Part shown: one piece after another, positions 24,401 through 36,449 of the stretch
Layout of the letters: every line of letters starts with the position of its first letter
How positions within the stretch are numbered: the stretch's first letter is position 1
Assembly: GCA_904063045.1 (NCBI GenBank)
Contig: CAJFCJ010000009.1
Location: 1,674,968-1,738,967 of the forward strand
Direction of reading: 5' to 3'
DNA from: Dimorphilus gyrociliatus
Lineage: Eukaryota > Animalia > Annelida
Length of the DNA: 64,000 nt
Made by a program: the position numbers and the translations under genes
The notes under the pieces: generated by a model
Databases searched by the model: none
What the model saw: the letters and a program-made list of their open reading frames with translations, nothing else
What the model was told of the DNA's origin: nothing

Positions 24401-27017
24401 TTTTGCTTTTTAGTTATATCTGGAGCTTATTCGAGAAGAACTAGAGTTGAGGATTCAAGCACTCGTAATATTTTATCATTTATATTATATCTTTATGATA
24501 TTATTTCTTTCCTATCTAGGTTCTCCATCATTTACTATACCATCAGTAGCTCCTTCAATTGATCAATGGATACCTGATTCAGCAACTACTGTTTGTATGA
24601 TATGTAACGCTAGATTTACAATGGTATAAATTTTTACTTTATATTCAATTGCTAATTAATTTTATTCAAGTAAAAAATCTGTTTCCATAGTTTGTTAGAC
24701 GTCATCATTGTAGACGTTGCGGAAGAGTAATTTGTTCAACTTGCTCATCAAAAAGGATGAAACTTGGAGATGGCGAAGAATTGGTTAGAGTTTGCGACGA
24801 TTGCGCAGAATTACTGTCCAACGATCCAGTTAAAGTTGAAATATGTGATAATATTAGTGATTTTGCTCCAAATATGTACAAATTATCGATAAATGAACTT
24901 GAAAATGAGATGCTACGGAAGAAGTTTCAATACGAATTCGTAAGTATATAAAATATATATTAATATTTCACCTTGTGATATGAAATTATACGCTTTCAGG
25001 CTCCAAGTTCATCTCTATGTATAACTATATTAAAACTGGTTCAAAACAAACAACAAAGTGTCAAAACTTTAGTAGAATTGGCGAAAAATGTCTCTCAAAT
25101 GTTAAGACCATTAAAGAATGGTCAACGTAATCCTGAGATTGATTATAGTTTTGTTATAGATGTTATTAAAAGTTTACTTTTCGAGGCTAAAGTTCAACAA
25201 AATACGCTTGAAATACCTATTGGAAACGATATTGAATTGCATTTAACAAGCTTCGATTTATTAAACTCGTTAGTCCTTTCAAACTGCCCTATAATACCTA
25301 GTTTACATCAATTAGTTGGACCAAAGCAAGTCTCTAGTTTCAGGGACGATCTGGTCAAAAAGGAAAGATTTGTCTCTGCTCTAGAAGTGTCCGGAAAATT
25401 CGGACTAGATTCTAATCTTGTATGGTTATCTTGGGGTTTGGCAAATATTGTTGGAGGTTTTCTAGAGGAGGCTCGCAATAAATTAAAAAAGTGCCTTAAA
25501 AAAGTAACAAATAGAGCCGTCCAATCAAATGGCATAATTTTACAGCAGATTGTTGAAAATTTACAAAAGTACGAAAATAGATTGCAACTAAAAGAGGCTG
25601 TTCATTTAACAAATTGGAAAGATCTTCTAGTTGATGATGTTAAGCCAAAGAATACCGATTCGGAAAATTCTAGAGAATGTCTATTCTACTTAACAAATTA
25701 CGGATCACATTCCGATATTATAAAATATTTCATGAATATGCGAGATGTAAGAAAAGCTGTTTTATACATTGTTGAACACAAGTGCTCAAGCCAGATATTT
25801 GTTGAAAATGTCCTTATGAAAGCAAATTCTACAGGATTAATAAATAATATGAAGAAAGAATTAAGAAGTATTGATTCGAGTAGATGGAGTCAATACATTA
25901 CTGAATCGTGTAAATATTGTCAACAGCAGAGAATGTTCAATCTACTGTACGATTTGCAGATTTTCATTAAGGTAGTATTCACATTTATTCTATCAATACT
26001 CATTTTCTAATTTAATCTCCCACTATAAACGAAATTAGGATCATATAAGAGCAGCTATGACTTGTTCTTCATGCTTATTCACTCAAACTCCACCTGATAA
26101 GAAGTTAGATTATGGAGTTTTATACAATCGACTTCACTATCTTACAACTGCCATTAAGCACCTTAAAGACTATCGAGAACAAAATCAATCCGGAAGATCT
26201 AGTGGATCCTCATCCTTGATTCTAGATATGACTTATCAAGAAGTGAAAAAGTAAGAATAATCAATAAATTAATCAATAAAATTAATATACAATATTTTGC
26301 AGGTTTTCAACAACGATTACTTTACAGATTGAAGTAACTAAACTATTTCAAATATACCTTGAAAAAGTACAACAACTGCAGAAAGATATCCAACCTAAAA
26401 CGTGTTCAACCCTTCTAGGAAGTACAAGAATGCAGTCCGATGTTGTTTGCATAATTTTATTATGCGGTAACAATATCAATGATGGGTTTGGATTAGCTTT
26501 TAGAATTATTCAAGAATTACGTTTAGACGCTGATACTATTTATAAAAGAGTTGCCGAGCATTTATGCATTAATCACAAATATTCAGAGATAAGGCAATTT
26601 CTCTCCTGCATTAAAGATTCTGGTTTAACTTCATTTCAATCATTAGATTCTGTTATTTTGGCCTGCATTAAAAATCTCACTAAGTTGAATACTGCAAAAG
26701 ATGTTCGTATCAGTAATTGAATTATTTTCAAAATAGTTGTTGTTATTAATTTAATTGTTACATTTTTCTACTTTTAGATAAAAGAAGCTGAAAGTCTAAT
26801 GAGTGATATGAAAACTGAAAAATTAAAAATAGATGCTTACATTTATTGCGGTAAATTAAAGGCTGCATACTTACTTGCAGTCAAATTAAACCAGCTGCAA
26901 GATATTTTGGAAATTGCTAAAATAGCTGAAAAAACTGGTCAAGTATCTGTTAAAAATATATGCGAAGAATACTTAAAGAAAAAGGGAATAACTAGACCAT
27001 CATCACATGATAATTAA
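18486..27017 (+). CDS. ZFYVE26: Spastizin / zinc finger FYVE domain protein 26 (SPG15), many exons
   Basis: N-terminus MENVFGREEQAS...LGQWELAFACI (cf. MNHPFGKEEAAS...GEWELAQAC). FYVE domain WIPDSATTVCMIC...RRHHCRRCGRVICSTCS...VRVCDDC at about 24565-24805. C-terminal YGKLKAAYLLAVK-like segment (YCGKLKAAYLLAVK). Confidence 0.92.
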
Positions 27018-27165
27018 TATTTATACATATTTGTTAATTCAACTGATTTATATTAAACTTTAAGAGCTTAAAAGTTCTTTTATAAGAATAGACGTTCAGT
27101 GCTTTTTTATGTATATATATTTCCTGATTTTACAAATTATAAAAATATTAAATTATGAATAAATA

Positions 27166-28026
27166 CTATGCAAGGAAGCCAACAATCGGTGCATTTTTTG
27201 CTTCTGATAGCTTTGAAATTAATGTTTTATTTAGTTCCATTCCAACTTTTCGACAATGTTCATACATTTCAAGAACGCTACTTTCTTGTAAACTACCGGA
27301 ACATTTTTTCTGAGATGCAGTTATCATACCATCTTTTCTTACGGCGGAGACGATTTTTGCCATTGTACAGGCACTTTCTTTAGCTGTCGCATCGACGACG
27401 TGACCTTTACCCAATTTACAAATTGAAACAAATATTGGACAGTTTTCTGTTGACATGATTATATAATCAGATGGGTTATCGGTGAGCTCTACTTCCGACT
27501 GCCCCTTTTCACTCATCTTTATTAGAACTTTCGGTATTTCTGTATCATATAAAGCAGATTTTACAGCTAGAGAGACGGCGTCTAAAATATTTCCACCGTT
27601 GCGAAGAATAAGAACATCAATATAGAGATGCCAACACTGCTCTCCTGGAATTAGACCTAATATTTGCAAATCAAGACAAGATTTATTTGAGTAAGCTTTC
27701 GATAGAAATTCTGAAATCTCTATTTCCAAGTCATCTCCACCTCTGCCTTCCCATTCAGTACCCGCGTTGGCGGAACAATCCACATTGAATATTATTTTAC
27801 CCTCGTTAGGTCTTCCTGGGTCAGGTTCACCTATTTCACATTTGACACCGGCTAGAACATCGGAATTCCCTAACTTTATTCTTGAAGATCCATTTGCATT
27901 TGGAACGACACTTAATTCAAGATCTATAGTTCGATAGTCATCGGGAGCTCTACCATCTTCACGAATTCCTTCTTCTATACCATGTGTTAAAAAAATCTTT
28001 TCAGATTTTGACAAAATTACATCCAT
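27166..28026 (-). CDS. EXOSC7: Exosome complex component RRP42, intronless
   Basis: RNase PH fold: SEKIFLTHGIEEGIREDGR, ANGSSRIKLGNSDVLAGVKCEIGEP, VDCSANA..EWEGRGG, WHLYIDVLIL..GGNILDAVSLAVKSALYDT. Confidence 0.95.
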   Translation of the reverse strand: MDVILSKSEKIFLTHGIEEGIREDGRAPDDYRTIDLELSVVPNANGSSRIKLGNSDVLAGVKCEIGEPDPGRPNEGKIIFNVDCSANAGTEWEGRGGDDLEIEISEFLSKAYSNKSCLDLQILGLIPGEQCWHLYIDVLILRNGGNILDAVSLAVKSALYDTEIPKVLIKMSEKGQSEVELTDNPSDYIIMSTENCPIFVSICKLGKGHVVDATAKESACTMAKIVSAVRKDGMITASQKKCSGSLQESSVLEMYEHCRKVGMELNKTLISKLSEAKNAPIVGFLA

Positions 28027-28135
28027 TTAAAATGAATATATTTAAATGAGTAGCGCACGTTTTTCTATAGTAAAAATGGCGGCATAGTCTGGTACAGTAT
28101 TCAGTTTAGCATACGCGCAGAATAAAGTGGCGAAG
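28027..28135. promoter_or_regulatory. Very short bidirectional promoter between EXOSC7 and the tetraspanin gene
   Basis: Divergent start codons only 109 bp apart. Contains a YY1-type AAAATGGCGGC at 28073-28083 and CpG-containing GCGCACG and ACGCGC in otherwise AT-rich DNA. Confidence 0.55.
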
Positions 28136-29368
28136 ATGGACGATAGCAATGGGAACGCCAAATCTATTAACATTTTTCGGATGATTTTATGGGTTTTTAT
28201 TGTCTTAACATGGGTAAGTAACATATAATTAAAAAATTGTACCGATCTATGCGTTTTCCTCGAGTTAAAAGCTAGATCTCGAAGTTCTTTAAAGTTACCT
28301 GTAATCAATTGTACACCTGGACTGGACGAAATAGTCATCGAAATTATTTAATAAAACTACAGATTTAATTCAATTCTTTATAATTGTCATGGTATTAATT
28401 CAATAGATATTTGGATTAGGGTGCGTAGCGATTGGATTATGGATGTTAATAGATAAAAAGATATCTCAACCATTACAAATATTCAAAAGAAAGCCTGATG
28501 ATAGACACCTCCTAGCAGCACCAGCAGTTCTTTTGACGGCCGGTATCATTATCATAGGTATGGGAGTCTTGGCAATGTTTGGATATATGAGGAATAGTAG
28601 AAAATTATTGACATTGGTAATTATTCTTACTTAGGTTAAAATTTTTATCATTGTTATTCTTTCATTTCATTCTAAAAATAGTATGGTGGTTTACTGTTTA
28701 TCGTTATGCTCTTCGAATTGGTTGTTGGCTTTATGGCTGTTCATTTTGAAGATGAAATCCATTTGTATGTTAAGAAAGGTATGAAAATATCCATCCGGGA
28801 ATACTACGAATATGAAAATAATGTTGGAAAAGCGTGGAATTGGGTTCAAGTGAGATACAAATGTTGTGGAGCAGATTTTTCCAGTGATTATCAAAATAGT
28901 AAATGGTTTGTCAGAGTTAACAAGGGCAACAACATAAATCAAAATAAACAGTACGTACCCAGAACTTGCTGTAGTCTAGCTCAAAATGAAGATCCTAGAA
29001 AAGCGGATACTCAAAATCCGAATATTATCAATTTTCGGAGGTGTCAAGACGAAGCTTTTGGTCAACAACAGGGAGGAGCTAGTTTAAATAATAATGTAAG
29101 TAAATTATATATATATACACTGTATATATACTATATATATACTTTTCAACTTTTTTCAGGGATGTTTTGCACAACTGCTGAATAGAATGGAAAGGATTAT
29201 AACGGCTCTTATGACATTAGGATTAATTGTTGGTCTTTGTCAGGTAAAAAGAAACAATTATAAATATTATCCTATATAATAATTCCTACTTATTACCAAC
29301 TCTCTTAGGTTTTCGGACTGTTAAGCGTTTATGTTGTTGTTAAACAATTAAACTCGAAGAAAGCTTGA
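28136..29368 (+). CDS. Tetraspanin (six-cysteine large extracellular loop), 5 exons
   Basis: Four hydrophobic segments (MILWVFIVLTW/IFGLGCVAIGLW, AVLLTAGIIIIGMGVLAMFG, VMLFELVVGFMAV, ALMTLGLIVGLCQVFGLLSV). The loop carries CCG, PRTCC, RRC and GC. Confidence 0.92.
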
Positions 29369-29796
29369 TAAATAACTATCACCTTTTTATTGACTTTTTT
29401 AAATTTAATGTATATTGTTTTATCAGAAATAACATACTTTTATACTGATTGTTACATTCTTAATTTCCTTTTTTTTTTTCCTTCAATCGCCTTCCAATAT
29501 TTAAGGATTATATTATTGATTTTAGATTATTAATTGTATATATATATATATATATTTATGTATATATACATACGTTAGTATGTCAGCATATGTGTATACT
29601 TTATGCATAAAGTATTTAATCTCTCTTTTCCGTATTTTAATAAATAAAAAGTTTTTTTTAAGTCTGAATTGTACACATTTCTAAAAATAGCTATATTTTC
29701 ATTTATCATGGATATAAATATATAATAGTATCATATTATCTTCCCAGAGGAAATGAGACAGAATATAATGAATTAGGATAATCTTAACAAATAGTT

Positions 29797-32700
29797 TTAT
29801 CTGTAAAAATCATCATTTTCGAAATCGTCGTCGTCGTCAGCCTTGCTCTGGCCAGTGTTGATTTTTTCCATGTCTTCATCGGTATCACTATCGTTAAACA
29901 ATTCTAAGAAACAAACACGATGAAAATGGATTAATTAAAATGACTTATTTGCTTATTGGAAAATCTTACTATTCTTATTTGATGACAAAGAAGCCAATGG
30001 ATTTATTTTTTGCTTAGCTGGTTGAGATGTTGTCCTAGGCGTTCTTGGTGTTATCGGCGGAGGGCTGCGGGGGCTGACCGAGAAAGTTGAGGTAGCAGAT
30101 GATCTAGGTTCGTCTTTGTGTTTGAGTTCGATAGACTCAGATGTCGGTTTACTCCTTGAATATGACTTTGTTTGGTTTTTATATTACAAAATTTAATTTA
30201 CAACTTACTGAACAGCTCTTATTGCTTTCTCTAAACTATCTTCTGAACTATCGTCACTAATATCACCTGCCGATTGCAAAGTTCCACTTCCTGTTAGCAA
30301 TAATCTATTTCGTTGGTAGGCATCAGCTGAAAAATAAAATAACAAAATGAGAAAAACTTTTGGTTTAATTGTAATATGTAATTTTACATAAAGCATTTTC
30401 CTGAGCTCCAGAAGACTGCAGGCTGGATTGTGTAGTTTGCGTTTGCAATCCAATTGGAGGCTCGGGATCTTCTTCAATCAAATTCTCTTGAAGAGCTAAG
30501 TTTGGAACTAGTATTTAAGAAAGTAGAAGAAATCGAGTTGAAAATAGAAAAGCAAACAGAAAGCGATACTAGACAAACCAGGGGATTTTGAGGTTCGTGG
30601 CCTAGGGGAAACTAACAAAATATTATCAACCGCTTCCGCTGAATCCGGTGTAGAAACTACATTATTCGGATTTGAAGCCTTTACCAAAGCTTCCAGTAGA
30701 TTAATAGCCTGTGTAAAAAAGCATTTAAGGAACAAGCACCAATAAAAACCATTTCTTATAATAATAATAATAAAACCTGCCCAAGATAAATCTACAACTA
30801 CAACTTTGCTTTAAAAAAAACAACAGCAAATTGAATATTTACTTTGACGCCTACTTAAAAGGTTACAACATTCGGTTTCGAATCTTTTTAAACTGTTCTC
30901 GCAAGAAGCTATATAACATGAGACGACGTCATTAAATTTATGATTATCGTTAAAAGTTGATCCTCCGTATCCGGAATCACTTGTTATATCCTGCAAGTCC
31001 ATTAAATCATCTGAAGCCTTTGAAGCAGCTTCGTCTAACAAAACTTCAGTTATTTTTGACAATGTCAAAACACTTAATCGGTCCTTGGGTATTCCTGATA
31101 AAATTATATCAAAAGAGTCGGTTGCAAACGTTGTTTGACGCCCTCTTCTCTGCTCTTCGACGGTTATTAAGTTTGTTTGACAAGCAAAATCCTTCTTGAC
31201 CGATGTGTCAATTAAATCTTTCAATAGCTTTTCTGCCTACTTTTCTCTTATAGAAGGATATGTAATTATCTAAAAATCTTACCTTTCGCTCTAAATCCAG
31301 AGTTACTCCTGATCTTAGTAAATGACCAGCAAACGTCTGAGCCAGAACATTTGGCTTCATAAATTTATAAAGCGTTAAATGCATAAAATGTTCCCAAAGA
31401 TTTTGCCATAAAGCTCTTGAAGGTTCATCTATAAATTTCCTGTTAAGTGTATTAATAGTTTATTTGAAGTTAGAGCGAGAATTAAAAAGGTATCTGCAGT
31501 TACCTGACACTTTCATAAGTTTTTTCTATAGGTGGGTTTTTAACAAGCTTATCCGACCATAGATAACCTCCTTCTAAATTTTGTACAATGGCCGGTAATT
31601 GATCCAGTATTATGGAAGACAACTTTTCAGGTGTAATTCTATCATCTACCAAACCAGAGGCTCCTTTATCTGCGTTAATTAACAATTCTCTTCGTTCACT
31701 TTCATCTACATGCAATCCAGCTTTATAGAACATTTGACGAGGATGAGCTTGAGGTAAAATGTAATTTAATTCCTCGAGCATTCTGAAGAAGCCCTGCAAT
31801 GTTACTTTTTCCGGAGGGACTGATGAAAGTCTTGGCGAAATTGGATAAATATCCTCTGTCGTTCTTTCAGGTGAGAAACGGCTATCACTGGCAGAACTAC
31901 CGTCTTCATCTATAATTGAACGCCTGGGTTGAGGTGCTGGAATAGGAGGAGTAGTTTTAACATTCTTCATTTCTTTTTTAGAAACTTCAATGCGCATGGG
32001 AGGTGGATCTTTCGCTGAGCTCTCTTCATCAGCATCATCGTAATCATCCAAAGTCGTTGAATCCCTGGGGGCTACTGGAGATTTAGAATATGTTTGATTT
32101 TTCTGTTGTTCGTAATACGCAAAATCTTCTGATCTTCTCTTCTTATCTAATTCATAGGTATCATTCATTGTCTGATTCCCTTGAGGCAGTTTTTGTTCCT
32201 CTAGTCTATCTCCGACATATTGATTACGTACTAATTGCTGATGATACTGATACTGCAGAGATTCTTGTTGTTGAGGACGATACGCCTGTTGTTGTTGCGG
32301 AGGATGGTACGGCTGTTGTTGTTGCGGAGGATTAAACGGTTGTTGTGAATGATAAGGATATTGTTGTTGCTGTTGCTGTTGCTGCTGCTGCTCTTGCTGT
32401 TGGTGTTGATATTGCTGTTGACTTTGAATAAACGACTTTGTAGGCATATTGTAATGAGAATGTTCTATCAATTCTATATTTCTCTGATGGCTTTCCATTT
32501 TCATTTTCTCTTGTTGCTATTGAAAAAAGAATTTTTATCGAATGTAAAAATAAAAAAGCTTTTTTAAAATTCAAAATCCAACCTCCTTGTCTAATTCTTT
32601 ATGCTTCTTCCATTCTTCAACATTATCCTTCCATCTCGGATACAAACTTTCGATATAATCTTCATACTGCTCCTATATATACATAAGTATAAATTTAAAA

Positions 32701-33267
32701 AATAAAAATTGAAGGTACAAGAAAGAGCCGGGGGGCGAAAGATGCACACAAAGACTTACCTTCATTTGTCTTAGTTTTTCAGAACGCACATCAAATAAAT
32801 TAATCTGTTCTTTAATTTGATCAAACTTTTGTAAAAGTTGAGTATTTCTTTGTTTACTACGCTGTTCATTCTCACATACTTCTTTCCATTTAGCCTGCAA
32901 TTTTGCAGACCTCAATCGATTGCTATGGACAATTGTTTTCCTTCAAATTAAAGATAAATAAATGCAAAATGTTCATAGCTTACATTCTTCTATCAGAATT
33001 AAGATAAGAATTTAGCTGCTTTTCCATGTCCAATCGTGCTTTTTCTCTAAAAGATTATTCTCAGTTCAGAATACATGTTCAAACACATCACATTGAAAAT
33101 TTAAACATAGAAAAAATAACTAAATCAAATTCTCAATTAGATTTAAATTTATTAAAACTTATTAAAAAGAAATAGAAGTAATAATATTCTTAAATTTCAT
33201 ACTGATCATGCTTTTTATCCTGCAATGACTTTATTTTTTCACAATATTGAAGACTGAGCGAAGCCAT
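29797..33267 (-). CDS. KIZ: Centrosomal protein kizuna homologue with a Q/P/Y-rich insertion, multi-exon
   Basis: Spliced N-terminus MASLSLQYCEKIKSLQDKKHDQEKARLDMEKQLNSYLNSDRR...RSAKLQAKWKEVCENEQRSKQRNTQLLQKFDQI aligns with the KIZ N-terminal coiled coil (YYERLGQLQ..SEKKRLDLEKKL..KEICESEKKAHTRNQEYLKRFERV). Acidic end DDDDDFENDDFYR. Confidence 0.72.
32236..32420 (-). repeat. Coding CAA/CAG polyglutamine and PPQQQQ repeat tract
   Basis: The forward strand shows (TGT/TGC)n runs and two copies of GTTGTTGCGGAGGAT. The translation is QQQYQHQQQEQQQQQQQQQQYPYHSQQPFNPPQQQQPYHPPQQQQAYRPQQQ. Confidence 0.9.
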
Positions 33268-33891
33268 CCCGGTAAAATACACACCTTTACCAGTTTTTAA
33301 AAAATATAAAAATATAAACAATCCATATAAATGTTCCAAATTCATACAAGCAAAAAATCAATGAAAACTTGAATGACACTATATATATATTAAGTTAAAA
33401 ATAACTATTTTTAGCTATTAAAGACTTTGCATTTCATTTTTAAAGATAAAAATGAAAATCGAAGTTGTTAAAAATAGAACCCAACTGTTAAAATTAATAG
33501 TAATATATATAGAAACGTGTAATAACCCGAATAAACTACTAATTAAAAAATATGTTCTCTTTTTCTGTAAAAAAAAAACAAAAGCAAATTATTGTTTTTA
33601 TATATTGCATAGTAACAATGAAAAGGTGAGTATAAAAACCTTTATAGGTTAACCGTGTAAATAGAGTAATTATCCCTCGGCTGGAAAACTAACTGCTTTT
33701 TCTATTATAAAATAAATAAATAAAACTATGAAAGGCAAAGAAATGTATCTTCTTGTTCTTTAAATAACTTAAACTACAATACGGAAAAGTTAAATTTGTT
33801 ATTTTGGATGAAGAGTTTGATTAGATTTTGCTTATACCTAGAAAATTTTAAATATATATCCATTACATTTTCAAACATCTGTGTAAATATT

Positions 33892-35820
33892 ATGTTTAGG
33901 TTATTTATAAATTCCTTAGTATCATTATCAGTTGGTTTGTCAATTGATTTTGATAGGTTTGAGAAGTGTGGAGAGATTTCATTGGGAAAATATTTAACGA
34001 ATTCCTATTATAAATTTCGTTATAGATTCTTTAATATAACAGACTATTTTATACTTTCATACAATCCTACTTCCGTATTCTCTTCGGATTTTGTTGAAGT
34101 GATTAATAATAGGATAAGAGCAACAAATATAACGAACTTATACTATAAAGGATATTCTTTAGGGAATCGAGGATGGAGAGTGGAGGGCGTAATCTACGAG
34201 AGTCAATTGTTTGGTAAATTTTGGACCAATGAACATTTATACTATATTGATAAATATGACTTTGTTATTAAGGGAACTGCTATTCTATTCCATAATTTAC
34301 AACCAGTCATGCGTTCCAGATTTTCTCGACAGTTTCTAAAAGGTTTTCCTAACGGTAAGAAAGTTAATTAAGTTTCCTTACTGTCTTCCCAATCACGTAA
34401 TTCTATACATTAGACGAAAATATTTGTCTTGTTAAAATCATTTTTACAAGAAATACTATAAAGTTATATAAGAAAGTGACTGGTATAAGGAATAAAAGGG
34501 CTCTCTATGAAGGATTAAGGCACTATGCCTCCTCAGCTGTCGGATATGCTTCTCAGTTATATGAAAAAACTGACTTTATATACAAACAATTTAGATATAA
34601 ACCCCTTCGTCTTCGCATTAGTAGGATAGTCTATGCAGATGACAGTTTTTGCCAATCAGTGAGAAGGAGCTAAAAAAAATAAGATATGGAATAAAGTACT
34701 TTATCCCATTTATCCCTATCATTAGGGCGGAAAATTGTTCCTTCTCAATGATTTTTCGAACGGGCTTCGACTGAAATCCAAAGATCGATTGTTTGTAGGT
34801 TAAGGAAGGAGAATTATGAATATTCCTCAAAAGAGATTAGCCCACAGGTCACATGTTCTCAATACGATATGAGCGGTTATTGTCTTACAGTAATATTCGG
34901 TTATATTTATATGGAGAATAAAGTTTTGGGATTTGCATTCGCACCCAATGAAAAAGAATCGCTTGGTATGGACAAAGGTTTCTGTTCTTCTCGAACGAAG
35001 AGGAGAATATCTGGAGCCCCAACAGATAAATGCGTATTTAATGTTGTCTTTCTAACAATGACTGCTGGTATAAATGGAAAGGGAGAGAGGTTTACAGATA
35101 AATTAGCGAATCATTTCCAAACGGATGTTGTATTCGCCCACGAAGCGTTACATGCTCTGGGAACAAAACACGTTCTAAAGGAAACACACTTTTCGATTAT
35201 AAATCTTATTTTGTATTCTATACAATAAACGGTGTTTATTGAAAGATTTTCGTTTTCTATAGAACGAATCAGACGTTCCATACCCTTTGATGTCGGCAAC
35301 TTTAGGAAATTTTAAAATGATGTATAAGAAATATGAAATATCCGGCAAAGCGCGGCAAGATATTGCAAGAAATATCCATAGATTCTTCAGAGGCAAATAC
35401 GCTCAGTTAAACTGTTTAATAACTGAAAAACATTGGGAAACGACTATAACAACAACAGGAAATAATTGTGGTAATGGAATAAAAGAAGAAGGAGAAGAGT
35501 GTGATTCCAAATCAAAATGTTGTAGTCCGTTTTGCAGGTTTTCATCGATTGCTAATTGTGATCTTGGTCCTTGTTGTGACCAATTCACATGTCAACTTTT
35601 AGTAAAAGGTTCTGATTGTAGACATTCTAAAAATAGTAATGTTTGTTTAAAATGCTCTGGTAATTCTGAAGAATGTAAGTTCAACCAATGCAAATTTAAT
35701 CAAGTTCAGTATCAAAATTATAAAAGCATGGATACGTATAGAAGCTATGCCAACGGTTTTAAATTAAATAGTTACACTTGTCACTTTGTTACAGCTACTT
35801 TTATTGTTATAATCATTTAA
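33892..35820 (+). CDS. Divergent ADAM10/17-like metalloprotease-disintegrin, short C-terminus (3' end uncertain)
   Basis: Signal peptide, ADAM10-like prodomain, YCLTVIF..KVLGFAF (cf. YCLAYVF..GVLGLAW), zinc motif HEALHALGTKH at 35139-35171, Met-turn YPLMS after an intron at 35172-35262, and disintegrin CGNGIKEEGEECD..CC..C..GPCCD. Confidence 0.8.
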
Positions 35821-35865
35821 AAAAGAGAATTCGTAATAAACTGGTTAATCTTTAGTGATAAATAA

Positions 35866-35891
35866 TCTCTCTCTCTCTCTCTCTCTCTCTC
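35866..35891. repeat. (TC)13 microsatellite
   Basis: Perfect dinucleotide run read directly from the sequence. Confidence 0.95.
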
Positions 35892-36309
35892 ATGATAGTT
35901 TTATTAATATTCGTTGCTATTCGATTGTTAAGCTTTAATTATTACGTCCAAAATGATGTATTTTGTTACTTCTATACATTTTAATACATAAATTAATAGA
36001 ATGATTCGTTTAATTTCTGAAAGAGCTTGACAGATTTTTGATCTGTAAATTAATTATTCACTTTTTTTTATCAAGGAAATGATTAATTAGATAAGGAATA
36101 ATCTAGTTTATTAGTTATTCAACCCAGAAAAGGTTTTAATAAATCATAGAGATCGATTAATGAAGTTTAAAGACGCAAACTGTGAGATTGTAAAGGAACG
36201 TAAAATAATAGTAATTTTTCGCCTATATTCAGAAATTCTTGGAATTTATTGTATATACTAAAACCTATAATTAATCGTTTTTTTTCTACTGGAATAAAAG
36301 GTTAAGTCA

Positions 36310-36430
36310 GCGCATGCGCTCGTTTAAGCATAGTTTTCTGTATTCCAGTAACTGGACAACTACAGCTGAATATTTTGCCTTATCCGGAAGCACGTGACCT
36401 AGAGTATCTGTCATGGCGGCCGCTATGTAG
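36310..36430 (+). promoter_or_regulatory. Striatin proximal promoter / 5' leader
   Basis: NRF1-type palindrome GCGCATGCGC (36310-36319), ETS-type CCGGAAG, E-box CACGTGAC (from 36391), and YY1-type CATGGCGGC that opens a MAAAM* micro-uORF at 36413-36430. Confidence 0.55.
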
Positions 36431-36449
36431 AAGAAAAACGAAGAAAAGG

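Noticed and set aside
24340-24415. GTATCCTT inside a ZFYVE26 intron as a U12-type splice signal
   Set aside because: It lies mid-intron. The actual donor is GTAAGC and the intron is an ordinary U2 type.
32090-32574. Overlapping ORFs with poly-Leu, poly-Ala or VVVAED repeats
   Set aside because: These are shadow frames of the KIZ polyglutamine tract.
28136-35820. Functional pairing of the tetraspanin with the nearby ADAM10-like gene
   Set aside because: ADAM10 partners are eight-cysteine TspanC8 proteins. This loop has six cysteines, and KIZ lies between the two genes.
35856-36000. (TC)n length change could frame a hydrophobic MIVLLIFVAIRLL tail onto the ADAM gene
   Set aside because: As assembled it is out of frame with the nearest acceptor, and T-rich DNA gives hydrophobic peptides in any frame.
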